Shown: positions 49,871-63,388 of the stretch, in pieces | How positions within the stretch are numbered: the stretch's first letter is position 1 | Layout of the letters: each line of letters begins with the position of its first letter | Source of the DNA: Azolla caroliniana | Lineage: Eukaryota > Plantae > Polypodiophyta | Assembly (NCBI GenBank): GCA_043228905.1 | Contig: JBHGNT010000014.1 | Span: forward strand, 11,222,001-11,286,000 | Reading direction: 5' to 3' | Length of the DNA: 64,000 bases | Position numbers and translations under genes: made by a program | The notes under the pieces: model-generated | Databases searched by the model: none | What the model saw: only the letters and a program-made list of their open reading frames with translations | What the model was told of the DNA's origin: nothing

Positions 49871-52800
49871 GATATATTGATGGTGGATTGGTGCAGGCAC
49901 TCCATCACCTTTCCACAAACACCAACATGGGTCTCTTCCATAAACACTGTTACTTGTGTGTGGGTTGCTTTCAGCTTGGGTGCACATTCTTCTGATTTCA
50001 ACTCAATCTCCGATGTTGCCAATTCCGTTGTGGTCAATTCTAGTGTGGTCGCTTCCGTGCCCATTGTGCCACATGACGTCTCTGTTCCTGTCACCAATTT
50101 TCCCGCAAGATATAGCGATCTTTTGGACGTGTTCGAAAAGCGAAATGCAGACCAGTTACCGGCACATCACCCCTATGATTGCCCAATCGAACTCCAAGAT
50201 GGCGCACATCCACCATTTGGGCCCATCTATGGGCTATCTGAACCCGAACTTGAGGCTCTTCGCACATATCTGGATGAAAACCTCACCAAGGTCTTCATTC
50301 AACCCTCCAAATCACCAGTTGGGGCCCCAATCATATTTGTTAAGAAGAAGGATGCTCATTACGCCTATGTGTGGATTATCGGGGTCTCAACAAAATTACG
50401 GTATGCAATCGTTATCCCTTGCCTTTAATTCCAACACTCCTTGACCAACTTCGAACTGGGCGTATCTTCTCCAAAATCGACCTTTGGTGAGACTACAATC
50501 TTATGCGTATCAAGCCAGGAGACGAGTGGAAAACTGCCTTTCGAACACGTTATGGACATTTCGAGTACAAGTTGATGCCTTTTGGTCTCACCAACGGCCC
50601 GGCGGTCTTTCAGCACATGATGAACAATATATTTCAGGAGTATCTCGATCACTTCGTGGTGATCTACCTTGGTGACATTTTATTTTTTTCTTCCAACATA
50701 TAGGAGCACACCCGACACGTCCAACTGGTTCTATCCAAACTTCAGGAACATGGACTTTACACCAAAAGTGAGAAATGTGAATTCGATCGAACCTCTGTCG
50801 AATTCCTAGGCTACGTGATTTCACCCTCTGGGATCACAATGGATGCACGCAAGGTAGCGGCAATAACTAATTGGCCTATCCCTACTCGGTTGAAAGAGGT
50901 ACAATCATTTCTTGGTTTTGCAAATTTCTATCAACGATTTATCAATGGTTTTTCCTCTTTACTGTAACCTTTAATCATCCTTACTATAAAAGATACTCCA
51001 TTTCATTAGACCTCTGCGGCGCAAAGTGCTTTTGATGCCCTCAAGGCAGCTTTTCTCACAGCTCTAGTGTTGGTCCACCCCGACCCCACAAGGCCCTTCT
51101 GAGTTGAAACTGATGCCTCCGACTTTGCCATTGGAGTTGTCCTATCCCAACCAGACAACGATGGCACACTACATCATGTTGCCTTCTACTCTCAGAAGTT
51201 TACCACCCCAGAAATCAATTATCTGGTCTACGACAAGGAGCTTGCATCAATCATATCTATCTTCACCGAGTGGCGACCCTATTTGGTTGGGGCCCAACAT
51301 CGCATCCAAGTGTTGACCGACCACAAAAGTCTAATTTACTTCACGACAAGTCATACATTGAATCGGAGGCAAGCCCGATGGTCATCTTTTCTCGCCGACT
51401 ACGACTTTGAGATGTTGTTTCGACCTGGAGTTCAACATGGGAAAGCTAATGCCCTCTCTCGGTGTCCTGATTTTGCATTGCGCCCAGGAGATGACACATA
51501 TTCACAACAATCCCATTGTTTGTTGTGGCCCAATCAACTTCAGCTATTCGCAACCTGCATGTTACATGATGATTCTTTGCTCAACGAGATTGTCCCAGCA
51601 ACCACATCAGACCATTCGCCAAAGAAATCATGGCCCACATCAATGACCCATCTCCGGGCATGAAAAGCTCATATCTCAACCAATTTACAACCCGGGATGG
51701 GTTACTATATCATAATCATCTCTTATACGTTCCCGAAGGATCATGTCGGACATGGGTACTACAAAACTATCATGATGATCCTGTTGTCGGCCACTTTGGG
51801 GTCACGAAAACCCTAAAATTGCTATCTCGAGGGTTTTGGTGGCCCCAACCTTGGAAATTTGTCAAAGAATTTATCAAGACATGTGATGTATGTGGTCGGT
51901 CCAAAATGCCTCACCATCGGCCATATGGTCTTCTCCACCGGCTCCCCATTCCAAGTCGACCAAGGGTCTCTCTATCCATGAACTTTATCACCGACCTCCC
52001 TCTAGTTGGTGGCCATGACACGGTGCTAGTCATTGTCGATTGGTTTTCGAAGATGGCTCACTTTCTCCCATGTTCCAAAACCATTTTCGAGGAAGAGACA
52101 ACTGACCTTTTTCTTAAAAATGTTATCCGATTACATGGCTTACCCGAGGATATCATCTCTGATCGAGGTTCTCAATTCATTTCCCACTTTTGGTGACGAC
52201 TTCTAAGAACATTCGAGACTTCTATAAACTTGTCCTCAACATACCATCCTCAAACTGATGGAAAAACGGAATGGGTCAACCAAATCCTCGAACAATACCT
52301 TCGGTGTACCGTGAGCTACCAACAAGAGGATTGGGTGGGCTTCCTTGCAATGGTGGAATTTGCATACAATAATAGTATCCATGCTCCAACTAAGATTTCC
52401 CCCTTCTTTGCAAACTATGGATTTCACCCTCGTTTCAGCATTTCCATACCTGCAACTTCGGTCAATCCATCGGCAGAGATGCGAGCCCACACTTTACAAG
52501 ATGTCCATTGTGATCTCTCCTTGGAGCTCTGTGTCGCTAGTGACCAGTATAAAGATCAAGCGGACCGACATCGCTTGGTTGCACCGACATTTGCAGTCGG
52601 GGAGATGCTTTGGTTGTTACGTTGCCACATCGCCACCACACGTCCTTGTGCAAAATTGGACTACAAAAGACTAGGCCCTTTTCGTATCACCGAGCAGATC
52701 AACCCAGTCGCCTTCCGGTTAGCACTTCCTCCAACATTCAGGATTCACAATGTTTTTCATGTTTCTCTCCTCAAACTCTACCATCCTTCTCAAATTCCGG

Positions 52801-53508
52801 GACGACAACCTCCTCCACCACCACCTATGGAATTGTTGACGGGCGAAGAATATGAGGTTGACCAAATCCTCGACTCTCGATATCTTCGTCGACAACTCCA
52901 ATATTTGGTCTTATGGAAAGGTTACCCCCATTTCGGACGCCACATGGGAACTAGTTACACTTTTACAAAATGCTCTGGAGGCCATTCGTGATTTTCATCA
53001 ACGATACCCACATAAGCCAACCGCGAGTTCTAGGAGGCGGCCTTAAAGGGAGGATAATGTCATAGACATGATGGAATGTAAGGGGTTGAACCTATGACCT
53101 CCTGATCCTATTGGGCAACCTTACCAATTAAGCTACATCCATCCATGCATTATTGTATTGTATAAGTTTCAACTTATTACATTCTATGTTAATAACTAGA
53201 ACTTTCAAGAAACTTCTAGAGAATGCATTTTCATGCACTCTCTAGAAGTTTCCATGCACTCGCTAGATGTTTCCTAGCTTGCATGCATACTACCACATTC
53301 TTGTATAAATACTTCGGTGCACCTTGATTACAATCAAGGTGAACAACACCAGTTACGGAAGCATAATTTAGTTCTTGCTCTTTTTTTTACCTTCTCTCTC
53401 TCTTGTTCTCTTGTCTATGCTCTCTCTCTATCTATATATTTATCTTTCGCTCTCTCTTAATATTTAGCTCGCCTACTTATCCCTGTCCTGGTCTACCCGT
53501 CTGTGACA
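49871..53508 (+). mobile_element. pol: Tcn1-like chromovirus D2, 5'-deleted: RT, RH, INT, chromodomain, PPT, 3' LTR 53058-53508
   Basis: [48 protein letters not shown]; AAAGGGAGGATAA PPT. Confidence 0.92.
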
Positions 53509-56500
53509 ATTACCCGCCAATAGTGAACAAAAGAGAAAAGAAGTCTTGGAGATCTGACACTTCGAAAGTCCGTGGATATCGGACATACCTTCATGAATGA
53601 AACCCGGAAGAAACTCCGGATCGGCGGAGATGGGTTCCTCATACTGAATGAAGAAGAATGATTTCGTAAGATGTTGGAGCAACATGGAAAAGCATTTTCA
53701 TTCACATCAAAAGAGATAGGGTGCATTGATCCAAAGATAGTGGAGCCGATGGTGATCTTCACGATAATCATGTGTCGTGGAACCTGAAGCCGATTCCGGT
53801 GCCACGAGCACATATTGCGAAAATCATTGACTTGCTCAAGGAGAAGGTGGGGATGGGGATTCTAGAGCCATCAAATGCTCCGTACTCAATTCGATGGTTT
53901 ACAATTCCGAAGAAGAATGGGTCACTCCGGTTCATTCGAGATTTGCAACCGGTGAACAAGGTCACGATTTGGAACTCCAAATTTGTGGAAGCGTTTGCCG
54001 GACACACGATATACACCATTGGAAACCTATACTCCGGGTATGACCAATTCCAACAAGCCGTGGAGAGCCGAGATATCACTACAATGCGGACACCGATAGG
54101 ATTAGTCCGAATGTGTACGCTACCACAAGGAGCGACCAACTCGGTCGCACATATGATGAATGCGAGAAACAAGGTGCTCCGAGACTGCATCCCGAAGATA
54201 ACAATGTCGTTCGTAGATGAAATTCCAATGAAAGGATGTGTGGTGGAAGAAAAGGATGAGAATATGGATGATCAGGGATGTCGTAAGTTCGTAGTCGACC
54301 ATATTCACGACTGTGAGAAAGTGCAACAGAAGTTAGAAGATGTGCACTTAACACTCTCCAGAGAGAAATCGGCATTCAGACAAGAAGAGATATTGGTAGT
54401 CGGACATCTATGTGGGCCCTATAGCCGAAGACTGTCACCAATCAAGATTGATGTGATTCAAGCTATGAAAGAAATATGCGAGTCACAATCCAAAGTCCGT
54501 AGATTTCTTTGTGCATGTGCATTTTATCACATATGGATTCCGCACTATGCACACATTGCAGACCCACTCTATCACTTGCTGCAGAAGGGTAAGAAGTTCG
54601 AATGGAGACTGGAATATACCAAACCCATGAAGAAGCTCAAGAAAACACTACGGAGGGCAGAACCAATTAAGAAACCGAACTATGACCAACCAATCATAGT
54701 AACGGTTGATACAAGTCCAACCGGGATCGGTTGGGTCATCAACCAAGTCGACTCGGATTTGTCACGATACCCGATTTTGATTCGGAGCAAAGGTTCTCAA
54801 CGAAAGGCAACACGAATATGCATAATTTAAAAGAGAATTGTGGGGAGTCATTTTGGCAATAAAATTGGATCGAGATTATTTTATCGGAGCCGAAGTAGTG
54901 ATCGAAACGGATTGTCTTCCGATACTCGGGATGATGCGATGTTGCACGATACCGGATGTGGCTATGTTAAGATGGATTGCATATGTAAAGTCACTTAATC
55001 CGGAGGCTCGACATATCTCAGGAAAAGACAAAACGGTAGCGGATATGTTATCAAGGGCTCGGTTCGAAGATGACATAATTGAATCGGATAATGAAGAAGT
55101 TTCTGAAGACTACTTTACTTCGGAGCACATATGTCAGATGAACGTGATTCGGGAGTTCTGGGAAGACAAATACAAGGGAGAAAGCTTACTAATTGGGAAA
55201 GTGCTCCAAGACATCGAGGAATGATCGGACAATAAAGAAAAGAGAGCCGAGATCCGAAGGAAGGAATGGCAAGTCTGGAAGTTCTTCTTGAACAATGGAT
55301 TAATTTGGAGGGAGCCGAAAAGACCGGATGGTATACCACTCTGGGTAGTCGGCACAAAGGAACAATAGGAACAAGTAATATCCGAATTTCATGAATCCGA
55401 TTCGGGTGGACATCGGGGAACATGGGAAACATTTGCAAAGATCAAGCAAAAATATTGGTGGAAGAACAAGGATGTAGCGGAGTTCGCCAAAAGATGCAAG
55501 AAATGTTAAATCAACTCCGGAGTTCAACACCGGGATGAATTACATCTAACAATCAACTTTAAATGGATGGTCGACATTGTGGCCATGCCAACCGGGATCG
55601 GACAAAAGAAGTACTTGGTGCTAGCAAGATCTAACAAACCAAGTAGAAGGTCAGGCTTTATGGAGAAAAACATGTTCTGCAGTGTGCCAATTTCTCCTGG
55701 AAGAAGTGTTCTACAGGTACGGGTGCGTAGGACAAGTGATTGCGGATCAGGGAGAACTTGTCTCTGATAAAGCTAGGGAATTCTTCACTAAACATGGAGT
55801 ACGGTTGACACTCACCACGGCATACAATCCAGAAGCAAACAGGAAGATCGAACGAGGACGTAGTCCAATTGTAAAAGCACTTGCAAAAGCGTGTGACAGG
55901 AGGGTGAGGAATTGGCCGCAGATGCTTCCGTATGCACTATGGGCGGATCGCACAACACATAGTTCTGTGACCAGATATATGCCAGCGGAACTTATGACCG
56001 GACAAGCTCCAGTAATGCCTACAGAAACCGCAATTGCAACATGGACAGTGCTACCATGGTAGGAAGAGATGAGTCAGGAAGAACTACTAGCGGTCCGGAT
56101 ACGATAGCTAGAAGGAGGACCGGAAGACGTAGCCGAAGCGGTGCACCGACAACAAGAAGCGCGATTTCAGAACAAACATCGATTCAATAAAAAGCACCGA
56201 CTTTAACTACGGAAGATAGAAGAAGGGAATTGGGTGATAGTCTGCGACAGTAATCTGGATCATCAACACAGCTCAATACGGAAATTTGCTAAAAGGTGGT
56301 TCAGACCATACAAAGTTCAAAAAGCATTCGACAACGCAACTTACTGGCTAAGTGAGCTAGATGGCACAATTCTTCGAGTGCCTATAGTGGGGAAGCAGGT
56401 GAAGATTTTCAAGAAGCGAATTGATGACGAACCCTATGTAGTCTTAGACAAACCTGACACAAAGGAGCAATCGGATAACAGTCACGAAGGTGCAGAAAGC

Positions 56501-56780
56501 GAGGAAAGTGAGTTGGATTTAATAATCGACATAGGGGAACGGACAAAGGGTGCTTCGGATGAAGAAGAGTAACCAATACCGGAAACTTCGGCACATACCA
56601 GAGGATGTGCAGGTTCGGAGGGGGTGAGTGTCGTAGTGTACTTTGTACACTATGTAAAATATGTGTGGAGTACCCAATTGACTAAGTATAAAGAAATAAG
56701 AGAAATACTACAATAATTATGTTACATGCATAGGACAGGATTTGAACCTTGTACCTTCAAGTCAACAATTTTAAACTTGT
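53509..56780 (+). mobile_element. pol: Gypsy family G 3' part: RT, RH, INT, PPT near 56617-56628, LTR start 56629 (LTR end unclear)
   Basis: WNLKPIPVPR...KKNGSLRFI, LPQGATNS, VDTSPTG, ETDC, ADQGE, AYNPEAN; GGAGGGGGTGAG-TG. Confidence 0.85.
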
Positions 56781-56914
56781 ACTTCCAGATTTTGAAATAT
56801 TTGAACTTGGTTGTTCGTCTTTTCGACTTGTTGTTTGTCGTACTTCGACTCCTCTTGTCGGTTACTTCTGCTTCTTGGCTGCTTCCGTGTCCGTGTCACT
56901 TGTTGTCACCTATT

Positions 56915-58183
56915 GTACTCCCCCTCAAGTTTGGCAATGTAGAGATCGTGACACCAAGGTCCAATGCGAATTGCCCGAGCTTGTCAACTCTTAAGGCCTT
57001 CGTAAAAATGTCAACAATTTGAAGGTTTGAACTGATGTGTTGGACACTGATTTCGCCGGCCTAAACTCGCTCGCGAATGAAATGGTAGTGCACTTCAATG
57101 TGTTTAGTCTGTGCGTGGAATACCAGGTTCCAATTGAGTTAGATGTTGCTCATGTTGTCGCAGAAGAGACGAATTGGATCCATGATGGCAACGCCTAGGT
57201 CCTTCAAGATGTGTTTGAGCTAGACAGCTTCGCATGCGGCGACCGTTGCGCCCCTGTATTTGGCCTCCATGCTCGACAATGCGACTGTCAGTTGCTTCTT
57301 GCTACTCCAAGAGATTGTTTCACTACCGAGGGAGAATACGAATCCGGAAGTGGAGCGTCTATCAACCTTATAACCGGCCCAGTCTGTGTCAATGTGCCCT
57401 TCGAGTCGAATACACGTATTCCACTTATACATGATGTCATAATCCATCATCGTATTGAGATACCGAAGTATCCTCTTAGCTCAAGCGAGAGCTCTTGGGC
57501 TCTTGTTCGGCCGCTACCTTCATCGTGAAGGCATAATGATGGGTCATGTACTTGTTGTACCCGAGCCGGGTGACGGGGTTCTTAGCTCTAAATGAGGGTT
57601 AAAGTTTTTCGCTCGCCGATGTGAGCACCTTCTTTGTGTCGGGTGTCCGCATGATGGATACACCAAACTCGTTGTCTAGTGCGCAAGCCAACACATCTGA
57701 ATCACTATTGTCGGGGTGGTCGACTTCATATTTGGGCATCTTACCTTTGCCTTTGTCCAAGTGCAGACTTGGCCGCGATGTGCTTGGGTCGCGCGGGAGC
57801 TCTTGTCTCCCACTAAGCCTTTTCATAATCGGAATTTCTTCGAACATGTGTTTGAAGCGATCTCCATCTTCTACCTCTTGTTCGGCGGATTCCGGGTTGA
57901 GCGGAGTCGAAGTCGAAGTTGTCTCTTGTGCGTACCAGGATGCGGACTCGTCGAAGACTACATCTCAACTTACCCGAACCGCTCGGGTAGAAGGGTTGTA
58001 GCACTTGTATGCCTTCTTCTCGGATGAGTATCCTACGAGGATACATATCTCCGATTTCGCGTCGAGCTTCTGTCGGTTTTCGTTCGGGATGCGTACATTC
58101 GCAATGCTTCCGAAAACCTTGAGGTGTGAGAGGATTGGCTTCCTTCCGACATGGAGCTCGTATGGAGTTAGCTCATGCACTCC
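56915..58183 (-). pseudogene. pol: Copia I1 3' part (integrase end and RNase H, RT largely deleted)
   Basis: KLDAKSEICILVGY; DTDWAG...RRSTSG; TKHIEVHYHF; jump from the linker directly to the RT end near 57490. Confidence 0.87.
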
Positions 58184-58248
58184 TGTGAAGGAATGAGGAG
58201 CAAGAGTGGCTGAGATATAGTAGGACTCTGTGTGTGTGTACGTAAGGC

Positions 58249-58284
<36 letters not shown>

Positions 58285-61200
58285 AAAACAGAGATAAACG
58301 AATGTATGTTACATTAACCAAAATACTTCCAACGATAACTAAGTTACAAGGGGTTGGTTTAAATACCAACTAAACTAGGGCAAGTGCCCTTTCTACTATT
58401 TACAAAACTAGCCTGGTATAATCATGAGCTAGTGTGAAACCTATTACTATGGGAAGTTGAGTTCGACTCTCAACATGCCCCTTCAAACAGAACTTCCATC
58501 TGTCAAAAAGTTGTTTCGGTTCAGTCTTCGGAATCCGGCTTCCAACGTTCGTAATCCTTGAACTGGATTGTTCGGCTTTTTGGCTTCGTGCTCGGTTCAA
58601 TTAACTACATGTTGTGTACTCGATCAATTGCGTATAGTGCGCATGTCACAGTGCGTGTGTCGCTCGCAGTACTCCCCCTCAAGATCGGCAATGTGGATGT
58701 CGTGAGACCAAGATATGATGCGAATTGCCCGAGCTTATCGACTCCTAAGGCCTTCGTAAAAATATCAGCAACTTGGAGGTGCGTACTGATATGTTGTAGA
58801 TAGATTTCTCCGGCTTGTACGCGCTCGTGAATGAAGTGGTAGTGCACTTCAACATGCTTAGTACGCGCACGAAATACGGGGTTTCGCGCCAAGTAGATGT
58901 TGCTCAAGTTGTCGCAGTATAGGCAAATCGGATCTTTGATGGGTACGCCCAGAACCTTCAGAATACGCTTGAGTCATACGGCTTCACATGCGGCGACTGC
59001 CGCACCCCTGTATTTGGCTTCCATGCTCGACTGTGCGATTGGCGGCTACTTCTTACTGCTCCAGGAGATCGCTCCGCTACCAAGGGAGAAGACGAATCTG
59101 GATGCGGATCGTCTATCCGCTTTGTATCTTGCCCAGTCCGTGTCTGTGTATCCTTCAAGTCGAATGGTCGTATTTGACTGATACATAATGTCCTAATCCA
59201 TCGTCGTACTGACATACCGGAGTATCTTCTTAGCGCAATCGAGATGAAAGTTTCGCGGATTCTGCATGAATTGACTAAGTAGGCCGACCGAATAACTGAG
59301 GTCGGGTCACATAATGGTGAGATAGATTAAGTTGTCGATCAGTTGACGATACTGAGTTGACTCGCACTCAGTTGTGCCAGAATCGGCATCAATCTTGAGA
59401 TTACGATCGAGAGGGGTAGACATAGGTTTGCACTCAGTCATTCCGAACTTGTACAGATGGTTGAGAATGTAGTGTCGTTTGAGAAATCATTATTCCGACT
59501 GGTGTCCGAATTACTTCAATGCCAAAGAAGTAATGGAGATCATGCAGGTCTTTCATTTCGAATCTGCTGAAAAGAAGTGATTTGACCTTGTTAATCTCGG
59601 CGAGATCCTTTCCTCCGATGACCAAATCCTCCACATAAAGGATGATGACAATCGGGCTATCCGACTCATTTCGGATGTATAGAGAAGTATCGAATTTTGA
59701 CATTCAAAATCCAATCTGATGAAGATATTGCGTGATCTTCGAATGCCACGCACGTGGTGCTTGTTTGAGGCCGTAGAGAGGCTTCTTGAGTCGGCACACT
59801 GCGTTCAGATGATTGCACGATTCAAAACCGGGTGGTTGGATCATGTACACCTCCTCTTCCAATTCTCCTTGAAGAAAGGCGTTCTTGACGTCCATCTGGT
59901 GGAGGTGCCACCCTTTTGCTGCCGGTCCGCACATTTTTCATCTTTGCCACCGGGGCAAAGGTCTCTTCGTAGTCTACGTCGTGCATTTGCGCGTATCCTT
60001 TTGCAACGAGCCGTGCTTTAAAGCGATTTACAGAGACGTCGGCATTGTGTTTCACTTTGTAAATCCACATGCAGCCAATTGCTTTCTTGTTCAGCATGTG
60101 ACGAACGAGATCCCATGTCTCGTTTTTGCATAGGGCTTGCATTTCTTCATTCATCTCATCGACCCCTCTCGCATCCTTTACGGCTTTGGAAAGCATCTTC
60201 GGCTCCCGTACTAACGCTACCTTCATCATGAAGGCGTAATGGTACGCCATATAATCATTGTAGCCGAATCGTCTTACGGGGTTCTTTTCACGGGTGGATC
60301 GGCGGAGCTTCTCGTTTGCGGATGCTAACACTTTCTTCACTCCATCTGTCCAGATGATTGGGATGTCCAGGCCTTCGAACTCACTATCAAGGGAGTGAGT
60401 TGACGCGTTGTTGATTGGATCTTCATATTCGAACATCTTGGCCTTCCCTTTGTCGAGTTTCGGACTCAATCGAAATGTGCTTTGGTCACTCGGGGGCTCC
60501 CGTGGTCCACTAAGCCGTATCGTAATCGGGCTTTCTTAGTACATGCGCGTGAGCCGATCTTCGTCTTCTATCTCCATTTCGGCGTATTCCGGGTCGAGCG
60601 TAGTCAGAGTCGAAGTTGTTTCTCGTGCGTACAAGGATGTGGACTCGTCAAAAACGACATCTCGGCTTACACGAGCTTTTCAAGTAGATGGTTTGTAGCA
60701 TTTGTACCCCTTCTATTGAGTGAGTATCCTACGAGGATACATTTCTCTGACTTCGGGTCAAGCTTTTGTCGCGTATTGTTGGGAATATGCACGTAAGCGA
60801 TTGCGCCGAAAATGCGGACATGTGATAAGTCTGGCTTCTTTCCAAAGAACTTCTCATGAGGAGTTACATCGTGTACTCCCGAGGTTGTGCACCTATTCAT
60901 GAGGTATACAGCCGTGTTTGCCGCTTATGCCGAGTATGATTTCGATAGGTTCTTCTCATTCATCATAGCCTGAGCGACTTCTTCTATATGTTGGTTTTTA
61001 CGTTCAGCTACGTCGTTCTGCTGAGCTACGTGACGGAATGAGAACTCTCGTAGGATTCCTTCCTTTCGGAGATACGTCATAAACTCATCCGAAAATTATT
61101 CTTTGCCTCCATCCGATCGAAGCCAGCGTACATGCCGACGCATAGTTTTTTCGACTTCAGCCTTGAACCTCTAGAAGTGTCTGAACACTTCGCTCTTCTG

Positions 61201-63383
61201 TCTCATCGGGTAGATCCAGGTGTGCCTGGAGAAGTCATTGATGAACGTGACGTAATATCGGCATTCGCTGAGTGCGCTTGTTTGGGCCGGTCCCCATACA
61301 TCTGAATGTACAACATCTAGGATCCCTTTGCTCACATTCCGCTCTTTCGAGAATGGATGTCTTTCCAAACTGGCATGCTTCGCATATGCCCGTAATGTCC
61401 TTCGCGGTAAAATTCGGGAGTTCGATTACGACTCCTTTCGATTGCATGTTCTGGAGTTTTTGGAGATTGATGTGGTTGATTCTCTTGTGCCACAGATTTA
61501 TGTCAATTTCGACTTTAAGGCTCTTTGCAAACATGGCTTACTTTACCTCGTTTGATTCGAGGATAAACATACGGCCTTCTCATCGACCGTGGGCTACGAC
61601 TTGTCTGCCCCGTTCAATGAAGCACCCGTCATTGTTGAATCATACCTGCATTCCTTGTTCAACAATCTCGCTGACCGAGACCAGGTTTTTCGTGATGGTA
61701 GGGACATGTAGTACGTTCTTGAGATAGGTTTGTTTGTCGTTGTTTTCTAATGGTATGTTCCCGATATGCTATATTGGATGAGTAAGGTCATCGCCAATCT
61801 CGACATATCCGGGTCATTCGGGTTTTCGTAATTCCCGAAACCAATCTTCATGAGGCCTCATGTGGTTAGATGCTCCCGAGTCAACAAACCATACGTTATT
61901 TGAGGCGGAGGCACTAGTTGAGGACCATGTTGACATCGAGTGTGCTTCGCGCCTCATTACGAACATTCCGCCACGGTTGCCGTAGTCGGAATTCGTGGCG
62001 TAATTTGTAAACATTCCGCTACGATCGTCGTAGTCGGAATTCGATGCATAATTCGTGAACATTCCGCTACGGTTGTCGTAGTCAAAGTTTGATGCGTAGT
62101 TCGTGAGTTGTTGGCTAGTTGAAGCCAAGTCTCGTACCTTTTTTCGGCACTCCTCTTCATAGTGGTCATGTCTTCCATAGTACCCGCATTCAATCGGGTT
62201 GTTACAATTGCTCAGTCCGGCATGATGACTCCCCATTCTGTCGAACACTCTAGGATCGTTCCTGTCCGCTTGCCATTGGTGGGAGTTACGCTCTTGAGTC
62301 GGCCGACCATTACGACCTTGTTCGGATCGACCTCTATTTCCACAGACAAGATTTCTTCTATCATCCAATTGGGAGTAGAGCATATGACCCTCTAGTGCGT
62401 TGCTCCTTTGTCGGGTGTGATTTTCCTCAACCAACAATATTGATTGGAGATTGAAAAATCAAGGAGGGTTCTCCCTTGTAAGGATGGCCGATCTAATCGA
62501 GCCAAATCAGGGTGCTAAGCCGCCGAGGCATATTTGCACAATCTCGTCACCGTCGATTACGACATTAATCGAACCAAGGGCATCGCACAGATCCTTGATC
62601 TTTAAGGTATAGCCGGTGATCGACATGTCCCTCTGTTGCATGTTTTTTAGCTCCTGTCGAAGTTGGAGCTTCCGTGCAGCCGTGTTGGCCGCAAAAATCT
62701 TTTTGAGATTTCCCCAAGCCTCTTTCGGTGTTTTCGAATCTCGAATATAGCCAAGCATATGATCATGAATGCATGATGCAAGGCAATACAACACACGGCT
62801 TGCGGCCTGCTCCCAAGCGGGATAGTCGGTGTGTGTTGGGTTGGGTTGAGTTTCGTGAGCTCCTTCAATGTAGCTCCAATAACCTTGTCCGATAAGGTAT
62901 TGCTGCATTTTGTATTCCCAAGATGCGAAATTCGTTCTGTCAAGCTTCTCGATAGGAAGAGCGCTTCCATCTAAGTGTTCATTATGTCGATTTCTTCTCT
63001 ATTGATGTGCCGGTTCTATTGATCGTCGGCGTGTACCACAACACAGTTGAATATATTCGATTAACCACACGCTCTAATACCATGTAAAGGAATGAGGAGC
63101 AAGAGTGGTTGAGATGTAGCGGAAGGACTCTGTGTGTACGTAAGGCAAAACAGAGAGGGAGGGAGGGAGGGAGAGAGAGAGAGAGAGAAGTTAAAATAGA
63201 GATAAACGACCATATCTTACATTAACCAAAATACTTCCAACAGTAACTAAGTTACAAGGGGTTGGTTTAAATACCAACTAAACTAGGGCAAGTTCCCTTT
63301 CTACTATTTACAAAACTAGCCTAGTATAACCATGAGCTAGTGTGAAACCTATTACTATGGGAAGTTGAGTTCGACTCTCAACA
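58184..63383 (-). mobile_element. Full-length degenerate Copia I2 inserted into the integrase of I1
   Basis: LTRs 58184-58475 and 63083-63383; TSD ACTCC (58179-58183, 63384-63388); PBS 63071-63082; PPT near 58478-58484; gag-PR-INT-RT-RH order. Confidence 0.95.
61961..62104 (-). repeat. Three in-frame 48-bp repeats in I2 gag-PR linker
   Basis: TNYASNSDYDDRSGMF-like unit three times in ORF 61814-62437. Confidence 0.9.
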
Positions 63384-63388
63384 ACTCC

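Noticed and set aside
58254-58280. (GA)n tracts here and in D, F and H LTRs, plus poly-T 2562-2583 and poly-C near 16582
   Set aside because: Ordinary LTR microsatellites and homopolymers
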